This document shows, one piece after another, positions 54,430-62,722 of a DNA stretch of 64,000 nt. Below the pieces are notes generated by a model that did not search any database, was not told the DNA's origin, and worked only from the letters and a program-made list of their open reading frames with translations. The stretch covers positions 296,850 to 360,849 of the forward strand of contig OY970216.1 in NCBI GenBank assembly GCA_963713955.1. Reading direction: 5' to 3'. Position 1 is the stretch's first letter; each line of letters begins with the position of its first letter. Source of the DNA: an uncultured bacterium (lineage in GTDB: Bacteria > Patescibacteriota > Minisyncoccia > UBA6257 > GWB1-50-10). The translations under genes were made by a program, and so were the position numbers.

Positions 54430-55410
54430 ATGAATTTAAAGGAAATAGAAAACAAATCGGCGCTGGAGATAGAAAAGGCGAAAGACGCCCGTGAGTTGGA
54501 AGCCGCAAAGATCAAATATCTCGGGAGAAACGGGTTCCTTTCGAAGTTCATGAAAACAATACCTTCGCTTCCCTTGGAGGAACGGAAGGTCGTCGGAAAG
54601 GAGGCGAACGGGGTCAAGAATAATATCGAGAGATTTCTCATTGCGAAAGCTGGTTCGTTCAAGGAAAAGGCGACGGAGGAATTTTTCGACGTCACGCGGC
54701 CGGGCAAGAAGATCAAGCTGGGCCATGAGCATCCTTTGGCCAAAGTCGACGAAGAGGTAAGAAGAATATTCACCTCGATGAATTTTTCCGTAGTTTGGGG
54801 TCCCGAGCTCGAAACCGAGTATTACAACTTTGACGCCTTAAACATTCCCGCTAACCATCCGGCGAGGGATATGTGGGACACGTTCTGGGTGAAAACGTGG
54901 ACGGACAAATTGCTTCTCCGGACGCACACGAGTCCCGTCCAGGTGCGGTACATGGAGAAACACGAGCCGCCGTTCCAGATCATCGTCCCCGGCCGCGTTT
55001 TCCGGTACGAAGCGACTGACGCATCGCACGAAATAAATTTCTACCAGGTGGAGGGGCTCATGGTGGGGCCGAACGTCACGCTGGCCAACTTGAAATTCGT
55101 CATCGAGAAATTTTTCGAGAAGTTTTTCGGTGAATCCGGGAGACGGATAGAATTCAGGTATCGGCCGAGCTATTTCCCGTTCACCGAGCCGAGCCTGGAG
55201 GTCGATATCAAGATCGGCGGCAAGTGGCTTGAAGTCATAGGGGCGGGGATGGTCCATCGGAACGTTTTCGACGCCGTCCGCTACAACCCGGATACAGTGC
55301 AGGGCTTCGCGTTCGGGATGGGCCTCGACCGCCTCGCGATGATAAAGTACCAGATCCCGGACATTCGCATGTTCTACGAGGGTGACTTGCGGTTCATTCA
55401 TCAATTTTAA
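54430..55410 (+). CDS. pheS: phenylalanyl-tRNA synthetase alpha subunit
   Basis: Class II motifs ...FRYRPSYFPFTEPSLEVDI... and GAGMVHRNV; 326 aa. Confidence 0.9.
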   Translation: MNLKEIENKSALEIEKAKDARELEAAKIKYLGRNGFLSKFMKTIPSLPLEERKVVGKEANGVKNNIERFLIAKAGSFKEKATEEFFDVTRPGKKIKLGHEHPLAKVDEEVRRIFTSMNFSVVWGPELETEYYNFDALNIPANHPARDMWDTFWVKTWTDKLLLRTHTSPVQVRYMEKHEPPFQIIVPGRVFRYEATDASHEINFYQVEGLMVGPNVTLANLKFVIEKFFEKFFGESGRRIEFRYRPSYFPFTEPSLEVDIKIGGKWLEVIGAGMVHRNVFDAVRYNPDTVQGFAFGMGLDRLAMIKYQIPDIRMFYEGDLRFIHQF

Positions 55411-55415
55411 AAGCA

Positions 55416-55754
55416 ATGGAAACGCCCAACGGAAAAATTGAAGATGAGAGGTTTCATGAACTCCAAAGATTCAGAGAAGAGATTGAGGCTATCAAGAAAA
55501 GCACTCCCTCCCTCTCCGAAGTCAACGTTGATGAATTGACGGATGAGGACATGGAACTCTGGAAACTTAAAGAAAGCGGAAATGCAACCAGGGAGGCTAT
55601 CGATGCACATAGAAAATCGATCTCTAATGAGAAAAGGATTTTACGGGAAGAAATTCCTAGGAGTCGCAGTTTATTCTTTCAATATGTCGCCAATGAAGTG
55701 AGCCAAAGGATAACAAGAGAGGAGTTGGCCAAAAGGAGAAGAAATAAAAAATAA
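55416..55754 (+). CDS. hypothetical charged/coiled-coil protein inserted between pheS and pheT
   Basis: 112 aa; K/E/R-rich; no family. Confidence 0.4.
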   Translation: METPNGKIEDERFHELQRFREEIEAIKKSTPSLSEVNVDELTDEDMELWKLKESGNATREAIDAHRKSISNEKRILREEIPRSRSLFFQYVANEVSQRITREELAKRRRNKK

Positions 55755-55763
55755 AGTGGAACG

Positions 55764-57680
55764 ATGAAATTTTCGTACCCATTGATAAAAAAATTGGTCC
55801 CGGGGGTGAAAAGCAAAGGTCAGATCATTGATACCCTGAATTTCCATTCCTACGAGACCGAGGACGCGCCGGGCGACACGTTCGAGGTCAAACTGCCGGC
55901 GAACCGATTTTCCGATTCAGCGTCCCACATCGGCGTCGCGCGGGAAGTTGCTACAGCCCTGAACCTCGGTTTCAAAGAAAGTGCGGGGGAGAAAGTAAGA
56001 CCGGGGAAAACAAAACCGGATTTTTCCGTCACCGTTGCCGAGAAAAAACTCTGTCCGCGATACGTCGCCTGGAGGTTTAATAATATTAAGGTCAAAGATT
56101 CACCGGCCTGGCTGACGCAGATCTTGAAGGATTGCGGACTCCGCCCGATAAACAACGTCGTCGACATTATGAATTACGCGATGCTTTTGACGGGCCAGCC
56201 GCTCCACGCTTTCGATTTCGATAAGCTCGAGGGAGGCGAGGTGAAAATCAGAATGGCGAAGGGCGAAGCGATGACCACCATCGACGGACGTGCTTTGAAG
56301 CTCGGGAAAAATGTTTTGGTCATAGCAGACAAGAATCGGCCGATCGCCCTCGCGGGCATCAAAGGCGGCAAGGATACGGAGGTTGACGAGAAAACCAAGA
56401 GAATTCTCGTCGAAGCGGCAAGCTTCGAACCTTCCTTGATATACCGGACGTCCAAGGAATTGGGGCTTTCAACGGACGCATCCCAGCGATTTTCACATAA
56501 CCTGAGCTTGGAGTTGCCGCTCTCGGGAATCGCCAAAGCCGCTGAGATGCTCGTGGATCTTGCCGGGGCGCGGCCCGGTTCCAGATTCGATTCTTATCTG
56601 AAACAAATCCCGAAGAGAATACTCAAATTTGACATAGAGAAGTTCAACAAATTCATCGGTACGGATTTGAGCGGCAAGGAAGCAACCGCGTACTTGAAGC
56701 GGCTCGGCTTCAAAAGCTTGCGCGGAGACGAGTGGGAAGTGCCACCGTTCCGGACGGACGTCGAGAATCACGAAGATCTTTTCGAAGAAGTAGCCCGTAT
56801 GTACGGGTACGGCAGGATTCCGGCGAAGGCGCCGGAAGTGGCACTCTCGCCGTCGGGCACCGAAGATCGCGTTATCCTGAAGGATAAAATAAGACATCTC
56901 CTCCAGGGGTTCGGATTCGATGAAGTTTATACGTATTCCATGATTTCGGTGCGGGATGCCGGGGGGAAGGGAAGGAAAACGGATAATTTGTATGAAGTGT
57001 CGAATCCGATAAGCGAAGAATTCCAGTATCTGAGGCCGACGCTTGAAGTCAACCTGGCAAAGGTCGTGGCGGACAATTTCAGGTTTTCCGACACGGCGAA
57101 GATTTTTGAAATTGGGAACACATTCAGAAAGATAGGCAAGGAAACTGGCGAGCAAATGTCCTTCGGGGTCGTTTTTGCCGATAAGAAGGAAGAAAGATTT
57201 TTCGAGCTCAAAGGGATCCTCGACGAGCTTTTCAAGAAGGTCGGTCTCACTGATTATAACTTCGAGGAAGGCGGGAATTTTTTGAAACTTGAATCGAACG
57301 GAGAAATTTTTGGCTTTCTAAAAAATGCCAAGGTGGAAGGAGGGGAAATGTCCTTCGCCGAGATTAACTTTGATAAGCTGGCTGAGCTGGTAGAAGGCGA
57401 ATTTGAATATGAGCCGCTGCCTAAGTATCCTTCGGTGGTGCGGGACATCTCCATCCGCGTGCCCGGCGGCGCGAAGATAGGCGACATCATTCAGGAAATA
57501 CAGGACTCGAACCTGAAACTTATAGAGGATGTTGATCTGGTGGATGAGTATAAATCGAACATGACACTCAGGATCGTATTCCAATCTGAAGAAAGAACGT
57601 TGACGGCGGAAGAAGTGAATAGGGAGATGACTAAGATCCAAAAAACGCTGGAGACGAAGTTTGGGGCCACGATACGGTGA
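55764..57680 (+). CDS. pheT: phenylalanyl-tRNA synthetase beta subunit (short form)
   Basis: B3/B4 and B5 domains plus C-terminal anticodon-binding-like domain; 638 aa, lacks the long N-terminal tRNA-binding domain of typical bacterial PheT. Confidence 0.85.
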   Translation: MKFSYPLIKKLVPGVKSKGQIIDTLNFHSYETEDAPGDTFEVKLPANRFSDSASHIGVAREVATALNLGFKESAGEKVRPGKTKPDFSVTVAEKKLCPRYVAWRFNNIKVKDSPAWLTQILKDCGLRPINNVVDIMNYAMLLTGQPLHAFDFDKLEGGEVKIRMAKGEAMTTIDGRALKLGKNVLVIADKNRPIALAGIKGGKDTEVDEKTKRILVEAASFEPSLIYRTSKELGLSTDASQRFSHNLSLELPLSGIAKAAEMLVDLAGARPGSRFDSYLKQIPKRILKFDIEKFNKFIGTDLSGKEATAYLKRLGFKSLRGDEWEVPPFRTDVENHEDLFEEVARMYGYGRIPAKAPEVALSPSGTEDRVILKDKIRHLLQGFGFDEVYTYSMISVRDAGGKGRKTDNLYEVSNPISEEFQYLRPTLEVNLAKVVADNFRFSDTAKIFEIGNTFRKIGKETGEQMSFGVVFADKKEERFFELKGILDELFKKVGLTDYNFEEGGNFLKLESNGEIFGFLKNAKVEGGEMSFAEINFDKLAELVEGEFEYEPLPKYPSVVRDISIRVPGGAKIGDIIQEIQDSNLKLIEDVDLVDEYKSNMTLRIVFQSEERTLTAEEVNREMTKIQKTLETKFGATIR

Positions 57681-57701
57681 AGATGATGTTATAATGAGGG
57701 G

Positions 57702-59027
57702 ATGATGCCCCCTCATCTCCAATCTTCCTTCACCCTCATCGAACTCCTGGTCGTGACCCCGATACGAAAGGCGTTCCACGCCTTCGTACGGGGCAAGTCG
57801 CCATCCAATCCCAAGGCTTCTTTCACGTTAATTGAACTTCTCGTCGTCATTGCTATTCTCGCAGTCCTCGCGACCGCCGTCGTCCTCGTCCTGAACCCCG
57901 CCCAGCTCCTTGCCCAAGGAAGAGACTCCACAAGATTGTCTGATCTTGCAGCCTTGAACAGTGCCCTCTCCTTGTTCCAAGTTGATGCCTATACCCAGTC
58001 CCTGGGGACTCCGAATACAGTCTATATATCTGTTCCTGACAATGCTTCCTCTACCTGTGGATCTCTTGGTCTTCCTTCCTTGCCTTCCCCCTGGGCCTAT
58101 CACTGTGTTCCCGCCTCTTCTTCCACGAAGGTAGACGGAACAGGCTGGATTCCTGTGAATCTCACCCTTATATCGTCAGGATCCCCTTTATCCAAGCTCC
58201 CGATTGATCCCGTGAATACCACAAGCACTGGACTCTACTATACCTACGTATCAGGAGGCTCCTATGAGATTACTTCAGCTATGGAGTCTCAGAAGTACCG
58301 ATTAGGAGGTTCTACTGATGCAGTCTCTACCGATGGAGGCCCGTATCCTGATTTGAGGGAAATAGGCTCCAATCTCTCTCTCCTCCCCATAGACTATGGA
58401 GATACGAGTCTTGTGGGATATTGGCCCTTCAATGAAGGGACGGGCCTAACTGCCTATGATGCGAGTGGACATGGGAATAACGGGGCGTTAAGCGCTTCTC
58501 CTCCGGCTTGGATCACAGGGAAATTAGGTGGGGCCTTGAGCTTTAACGGGAGTAATAACTATGTGAGTTACGCTTCAAGTAGTGGCAATGTCTACGGGCC
58601 GATTACGGTCGCTGCTTGGGTGTACGTCAATCCAAACAGCACTTATCAATTTGTAATCCAACGGGGAACAAGCGGAGCCAACGTTAACTGTCAGTATTCT
58701 TTGTATGTTGTTACTACCAATGTTTTGAGATTCAGTATCGATGCCGGAGCCAATGAGTACCCCGCAAATTCTTCGGTGCTGACCGCAGGATGGTACTATG
58801 TTGTTGGCACGTGGACTGGTTCTGGTCCGGCCGCCATCTATATCAATGGTGTGAACGCCGGCAACAGCGCCTCTGTTTCTGGGACTCAAAATAGCATCAG
58901 TAATTTTATTATGGGCAATAGTGGAGGGGGCGGTTACCCGTTTAATGGTTATCTTGACGATGTCCGCGTCTACAATAGAGCTTTATCCGCCGCCGAGATT
59001 CAGGCGATCTACAACGCCCAAAAATAA
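57702..59027 (+). CDS. type IV pilin-like protein with C-terminal LamG/ConA-like domain, paralog 3 (duplicated prepilin leader segment)
   Basis: SSFTLIELLVV-TPIRKAFHAFVRGKSPSNPKA-SFTLIELLVVIAILAV; C-terminal DDVRVYNRALSAAEIQAIYNAQK. Confidence 0.7.
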   Translation: MMPPHLQSSFTLIELLVVTPIRKAFHAFVRGKSPSNPKASFTLIELLVVIAILAVLATAVVLVLNPAQLLAQGRDSTRLSDLAALNSALSLFQVDAYTQSLGTPNTVYISVPDNASSTCGSLGLPSLPSPWAYHCVPASSSTKVDGTGWIPVNLTLISSGSPLSKLPIDPVNTTSTGLYYTYVSGGSYEITSAMESQKYRLGGSTDAVSTDGGPYPDLREIGSNLSLLPIDYGDTSLVGYWPFNEGTGLTAYDASGHGNNGALSASPPAWITGKLGGALSFNGSNNYVSYASSSGNVYGPITVAAWVYVNPNSTYQFVIQRGTSGANVNCQYSLYVVTTNVLRFSIDAGANEYPANSSVLTAGWYYVVGTWTGSGPAAIYINGVNAGNSASVSGTQNSISNFIMGNSGGGGYPFNGYLDDVRVYNRALSAAEIQAIYNAQK

Positions 59028-59100
59028 GTATCAAGTATAAAGTAGAATGTATAAAGTATAATTTGCGCTTTGAATTTTTGGTTTTTCTCTACTTGATACT
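59027..59100 (+). terminator. conserved 3' hairpin of pilin paralog 3 (agtatcaagtat ... tacttgatact)
   Basis: Same 11-bp stem as at 29589-29643, with a longer loop. Confidence 0.45.
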
Positions 59101-59130
59101 TTCTACTTAATATTAGCTACTCGCTGTATA

Positions 59131-59985
59131 ATGAGATTAATGAGAAAATTCGCCTTCATTTCCATTCTGATTTGCGGAATTTCATTCGCTTACCTCTCTT
59201 ATGCCGCTTCTCCTGTCGTCACCGTTTCCAATACTTACCCAATTCAAGGTGACACGGTTCTCGTGAACGTTTCCGGGGTCGCGAGCGCGCCCAAGACGGC
59301 AACTCTCGGGACTGAGACGGCGAATTTTTTCCCGTACGGCGGGAAATACGCCGCCGTAATCGGCCTCAAGGTTACGGCCGCGGCCGGCTGGCAGAGAATC
59401 ACGCTCAAATTTTCCGACGGTTCGGCCGTCACGAAATGGATCGACGTTCTGAAGAAAAAAATCACCGTGGAAAATCTCGCTGTTCCGCCGGAGCTCGGCG
59501 TGACGCCGACGGAACTCGTCCAAGAGATCACGGACGAGAACGCGGCGCTGAACGACATCGTCAATACGGTAACCCCGCAAACTTACATAACCAAAGGTTT
59601 TGGTTTGCCCCTGGCGAACAACACGTATATCACTGATCGTTACGGCATTCTCCGCAGGACGGGCGATCAGGAAATCTGGCATCTGGGAACTGATTTCGCC
59701 GCCGCTTCGGGGAGTATCGTTGCGGCCGTGAATTCCGGCGTCGTCAGATTCGCGACATCGACTGTGTCCTACGGGAACACGGTTATCGTGGATCACGGGG
59801 AGGGAATTTATTCCATGTATCTTCATTTGTCGACGATAATCGCCCGGGCGGGCGATACGGTGAAAAAGGGGCAGGTAATAGGTCTTGTCGGGAACACCGG
59901 GTTCTCGACCGGCGAGCACCTGCACTTGTCGATCAAGGTAAACGGCATTTCCGTAGATCCCCTGCGATTCGTGCGGGTGTTTTAG
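59131..59985 (+). CDS. M23-family (LytM-like) metallopeptidase
   Basis: HLGTDFAA...GNTVIVDHGEGIYSMYLHLS...GNTGFSTGEHLHLSI are the M23 HxxxD/HxH motifs. Confidence 0.85.
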   Translation: MRLMRKFAFISILICGISFAYLSYAASPVVTVSNTYPIQGDTVLVNVSGVASAPKTATLGTETANFFPYGGKYAAVIGLKVTAAAGWQRITLKFSDGSAVTKWIDVLKKKITVENLAVPPELGVTPTELVQEITDENAALNDIVNTVTPQTYITKGFGLPLANNTYITDRYGILRRTGDQEIWHLGTDFAAASGSIVAAVNSGVVRFATSTVSYGNTVIVDHGEGIYSMYLHLSTIIARAGDTVKKGQVIGLVGNTGFSTGEHLHLSIKVNGISVDPLRFVRVF

Positions 59986-60026
59986 GAGAAGGCAGCCACT
60001 CCCTCATCGGCGAGTTTTTCTTTCGA

Positions 60027-60155
60027 ATAAATCCTCCTCGCTCCTCGTCGGAATAAAGTCGCAAAATATCGAACTCAACCTCCCCGCCTCATCGGCGGGT
60101 TCGGGATTCAAACAAGCGATATTTTGCTCATTCCTTCCTCGTAGCTCGGGGATTT
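60027..60155 (+). repeat. family-1 structured intergenic element, copy 3
   Basis: Stem gcaaaatatcg(60061-71)/cgatattttgc(60117-27); central hairpin cccgcc-tcatc-ggcggg; starts 42 nt after the M23 stop. Confidence 0.55.
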
Positions 60156-60277
60156 ATGCATCTCAAGAAAAAAGCCTTCTTCGGGAGTGGCTGCCTCTCC
60201 TGTGCCGTTTTAGTGAGGTTTTCGATTCTCCTTGACTGAATCCTATCGGAGAGATAAGAAAATAATCGAACGAGTCA

Positions 60278-60340
60278 GATATACCTCGCGAAGGCTAAGA
60301 CTTGGGCGTCGCCCCGGAGACTGCCTGAGCGAGGTATGTC
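60278..60340 (+). repeat. family-2 structured element, copy 3 (short form)
   Basis: Outer stem gatatacctcgc/gcgaggtatgtc; core ggctaagacttgggcgtcgccccggaga. Confidence 0.4.
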
Positions 60341-60369
60341 TGGCGAGCGAGGAGAAAATTGAAAGCGAG

Positions 60370-61392
60370 TTATTTGGTGAAGTAGAGGAATTCCAAGATG
60401 ATGAGAATGAACCAGCCGACTTGGAGGATAAACCACGCGATGATTTCCACCCACTCCGCCCGCTCCTTGCTCGAGACGGTGAAATTCTCGACAAAAGAAG
60501 AGTAGATCCCGTCCAGCGAATCCAATTTTTCTTTTATGGTCGAACGCCACTCGCTGATCTTGAGTTTCTTGCTCGCGAGGTCATAAAATCGCGCCGAGTA
60601 CCAGTCGCCGATGAGTTTGATATCCCGTTCCAAAGACTCGAAAGCCGAAATCCAGGTGATGCGCCTCTGTAGTATGTCTCTCGCGGTTTCGGAAATAATC
60701 TTGTTTTTGGAAAACAGTCTTTTCTTCTGGGGTGCCATGAGTTGCTTTGAGATGTTTTCGATCTGGTCGTCGAGTCTCCGGTCGAGTACTCGGTGTCTCA
60801 GAAGCTGGAGATTCGCTAAGGTCAGGAGTTCCACCGCCAAACCAAAATCGCCTTCGATGTCGAAGAGGAACGCACCGTCCCAGTCTATGACGGACAAGTC
60901 GTGTTTGGCATATTTTATTTGGGTGGAAAGAGTATACTCAATTTCTTTCGGGTCGAGCGTAAGATTCTCCGATTTGAGGAGGGCGGCCATGACCGGCGCA
61001 TGCGTGAGAAACTGTTCCGGGTCGCCCTCGTATCCCGAGACCTCGAAGATGGAATACATTTCACTCATCTCCTCACTGCCGCTCCATTCTTTGAGAATCC
61101 GATAGCTCTCATCGTACAACTTCTTCTCCCAGCCGCTTGTCTCGCTTTCGTCGAAAATGTCTTTGAGTTCAAGGTTCGCCTCGACGACGAGTATGGAAGG
61201 GGCGTAGCCGAGGATGGAAAAAACCACGTCCCGGTCTTCTATTTTCTTCTTCTCTTCACCGATCACGACGAGGTGGGGCACCGAAGAGGGGAAATAATGC
61301 GGTCCGCTTTTCTGCGTTTCGGATTTGAATATTTTCCCCCTCACGGCCTTGGGCACTTCCGAAAGAACCAGCGTCACGAGTTGATTTTTCAT
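60370..61392 (-). CDS. hypothetical protein with C-terminal TM helix
   Basis: 340 aa, acidic and soluble with C-terminal WFILQVGWFILIILEFLYF; no family recognised. Confidence 0.4.
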   Translation of the reverse strand: MKNQLVTLVLSEVPKAVRGKIFKSETQKSGPHYFPSSVPHLVVIGEEKKKIEDRDVVFSILGYAPSILVVEANLELKDIFDESETSGWEKKLYDESYRILKEWSGSEEMSEMYSIFEVSGYEGDPEQFLTHAPVMAALLKSENLTLDPKEIEYTLSTQIKYAKHDLSVIDWDGAFLFDIEGDFGLAVELLTLANLQLLRHRVLDRRLDDQIENISKQLMAPQKKRLFSKNKIISETARDILQRRITWISAFESLERDIKLIGDWYSARFYDLASKKLKISEWRSTIKEKLDSLDGIYSSFVENFTVSSKERAEWVEIIAWFILQVGWFILIILEFLYFTK

Positions 61393-61417
61393 GCGCTTTC
61401 ATTATAAACTATAACCA

Positions 61418-62722
61418 ATGTTCAACAAAATCAGGCCGAAGAACCTGCTTTTGGCAATAGTTTTGGTGGCCATCGCAGCCGGGATTTTCGATTACCAGCC
61501 GCTGTGGGAGACCATTTCCGGCTTCAGGCCGTGGAATTTGGGATTGGATCTCGCGGGGGGGAGTGCACTGACCTACAGCATCGACTTATCCAAAGTTCCA
61601 GCTTTGGATCAGGGAACGGTTGTGAACGGCTTGCGGGACGTCATAGAAAAAAGAGTCAACTTGTTCGGCGTTTCGGAGCCGAAGGTTTATACCGAGACGG
61701 CCGGAAGCGGTTACCGACTGGTCGTGGAACTTGCGGGTGTGAAGGACGTCAATCAGGCCATCCAGGAAATCGGCGCAACGCCGTTTTTGGACTTCCGGGA
61801 AGTCCAGGAAGCGAATGCCACGTCATCGCAGGCGACGACAACCTCCTCGACTTCGACTTTGAGCGAGCAGAATTTGGAGTTTATTCCAACCGCCCTCAAC
61901 GGGCGGTACGTGATCGGCGCGACGTGGTCACGCAGTTCCATAACCAGCCAGCCGGAGGTTGACATCGAGTTCAATTCCGAAGGGGCGAAGATTTTCGAGG
62001 ATTTGACTTCGAGGAACGTGGGGAAGCCGCTGGCCATATTTCTCGATAACCAACTTATAGAGATGCCGACTGTCCAGGAGGCGATAAGCGGCGGCAAGGC
62101 TCAGATAACCGGCAATTTCACTCCGGAGAGCGCCGAGCTTCTCGTCGAACGATTCAATGCTGGCGCCTTGCCCGCTCCGATCACGCTCATCAATCAACAA
62201 ACAATAAGTCCGGATTTCGGGAAAAACGCCCTTGATACGGCGATCCTCGCTGGCATCATCGGAACCTTGGCGGTTATGGTTTTCATGCTCATCTATTACA
62301 AGAAGCTTGGTATCTTCGCCTCGGCGGCCCTTCTTATCTACATCGCGATAACGCTTGCCATATTCAAAATCGTGCCGGTTACGATGACCTTGGCGGGAAT
62401 CGCTGGATTCATTCTTTCCATCGGCATGGCTGTCGACGCGAACGTTCTGGTCTTCGAAAGAACCAAGGAAGAATTGAAACGGGGCTTGAGTCACGCATCG
62501 GCCGTCGAGGAGGGATTCAAGAGAGCTTGGACGTCGATCAGGGATTCCAACGTTTCCACTATCATCACTTCGGCAGTCCTCTATTACTTCACCTCCAGTT
62601 TCGTCAAGGGTTTCGCGCTCTCCCTTTTGATCGGCGTTCTGGTGAGCTTGTTCTCGGCGATAACGACTACGCGGACGCTCCTCAGGGTTTTCGAGAGCAG
62701 CGATAAAAAACAAACCGCATGA
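61418..62722 (+). CDS. secD: protein translocase subunit SecD
   Basis: LGLDLAGGSALTY start; periplasmic domain; C-terminal 6-TM bundle. Confidence 0.9.
   Translation: MFNKIRPKNLLLAIVLVAIAAGIFDYQPLWETISGFRPWNLGLDLAGGSALTYSIDLSKVPALDQGTVVNGLRDVIEKRVNLFGVSEPKVYTETAGSGYRLVVELAGVKDVNQAIQEIGATPFLDFREVQEANATSSQATTTSSTSTLSEQNLEFIPTALNGRYVIGATWSRSSITSQPEVDIEFNSEGAKIFEDLTSRNVGKPLAIFLDNQLIEMPTVQEAISGGKAQITGNFTPESAELLVERFNAGALPAPITLINQQTISPDFGKNALDTAILAGIIGTLAVMVFMLIYYKKLGIFASAALLIYIAITLAIFKIVPVTMTLAGIAGFILSIGMAVDANVLVFERTKEELKRGLSHASAVEEGFKRAWTSIRDSNVSTIITSAVLYYFTSSFVKGFALSLLIGVLVSLFSAITTTRTLLRVFESSDKKQTA

Noticed and set aside
28385-59027. Diversity-generating retroelement or retron acting on the variable pilin-LamG heads
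   Set aside because: No reverse transcriptase, template repeat or Avd-like gene anywhere in the window. The variation is better explained by paralogy and recombination.
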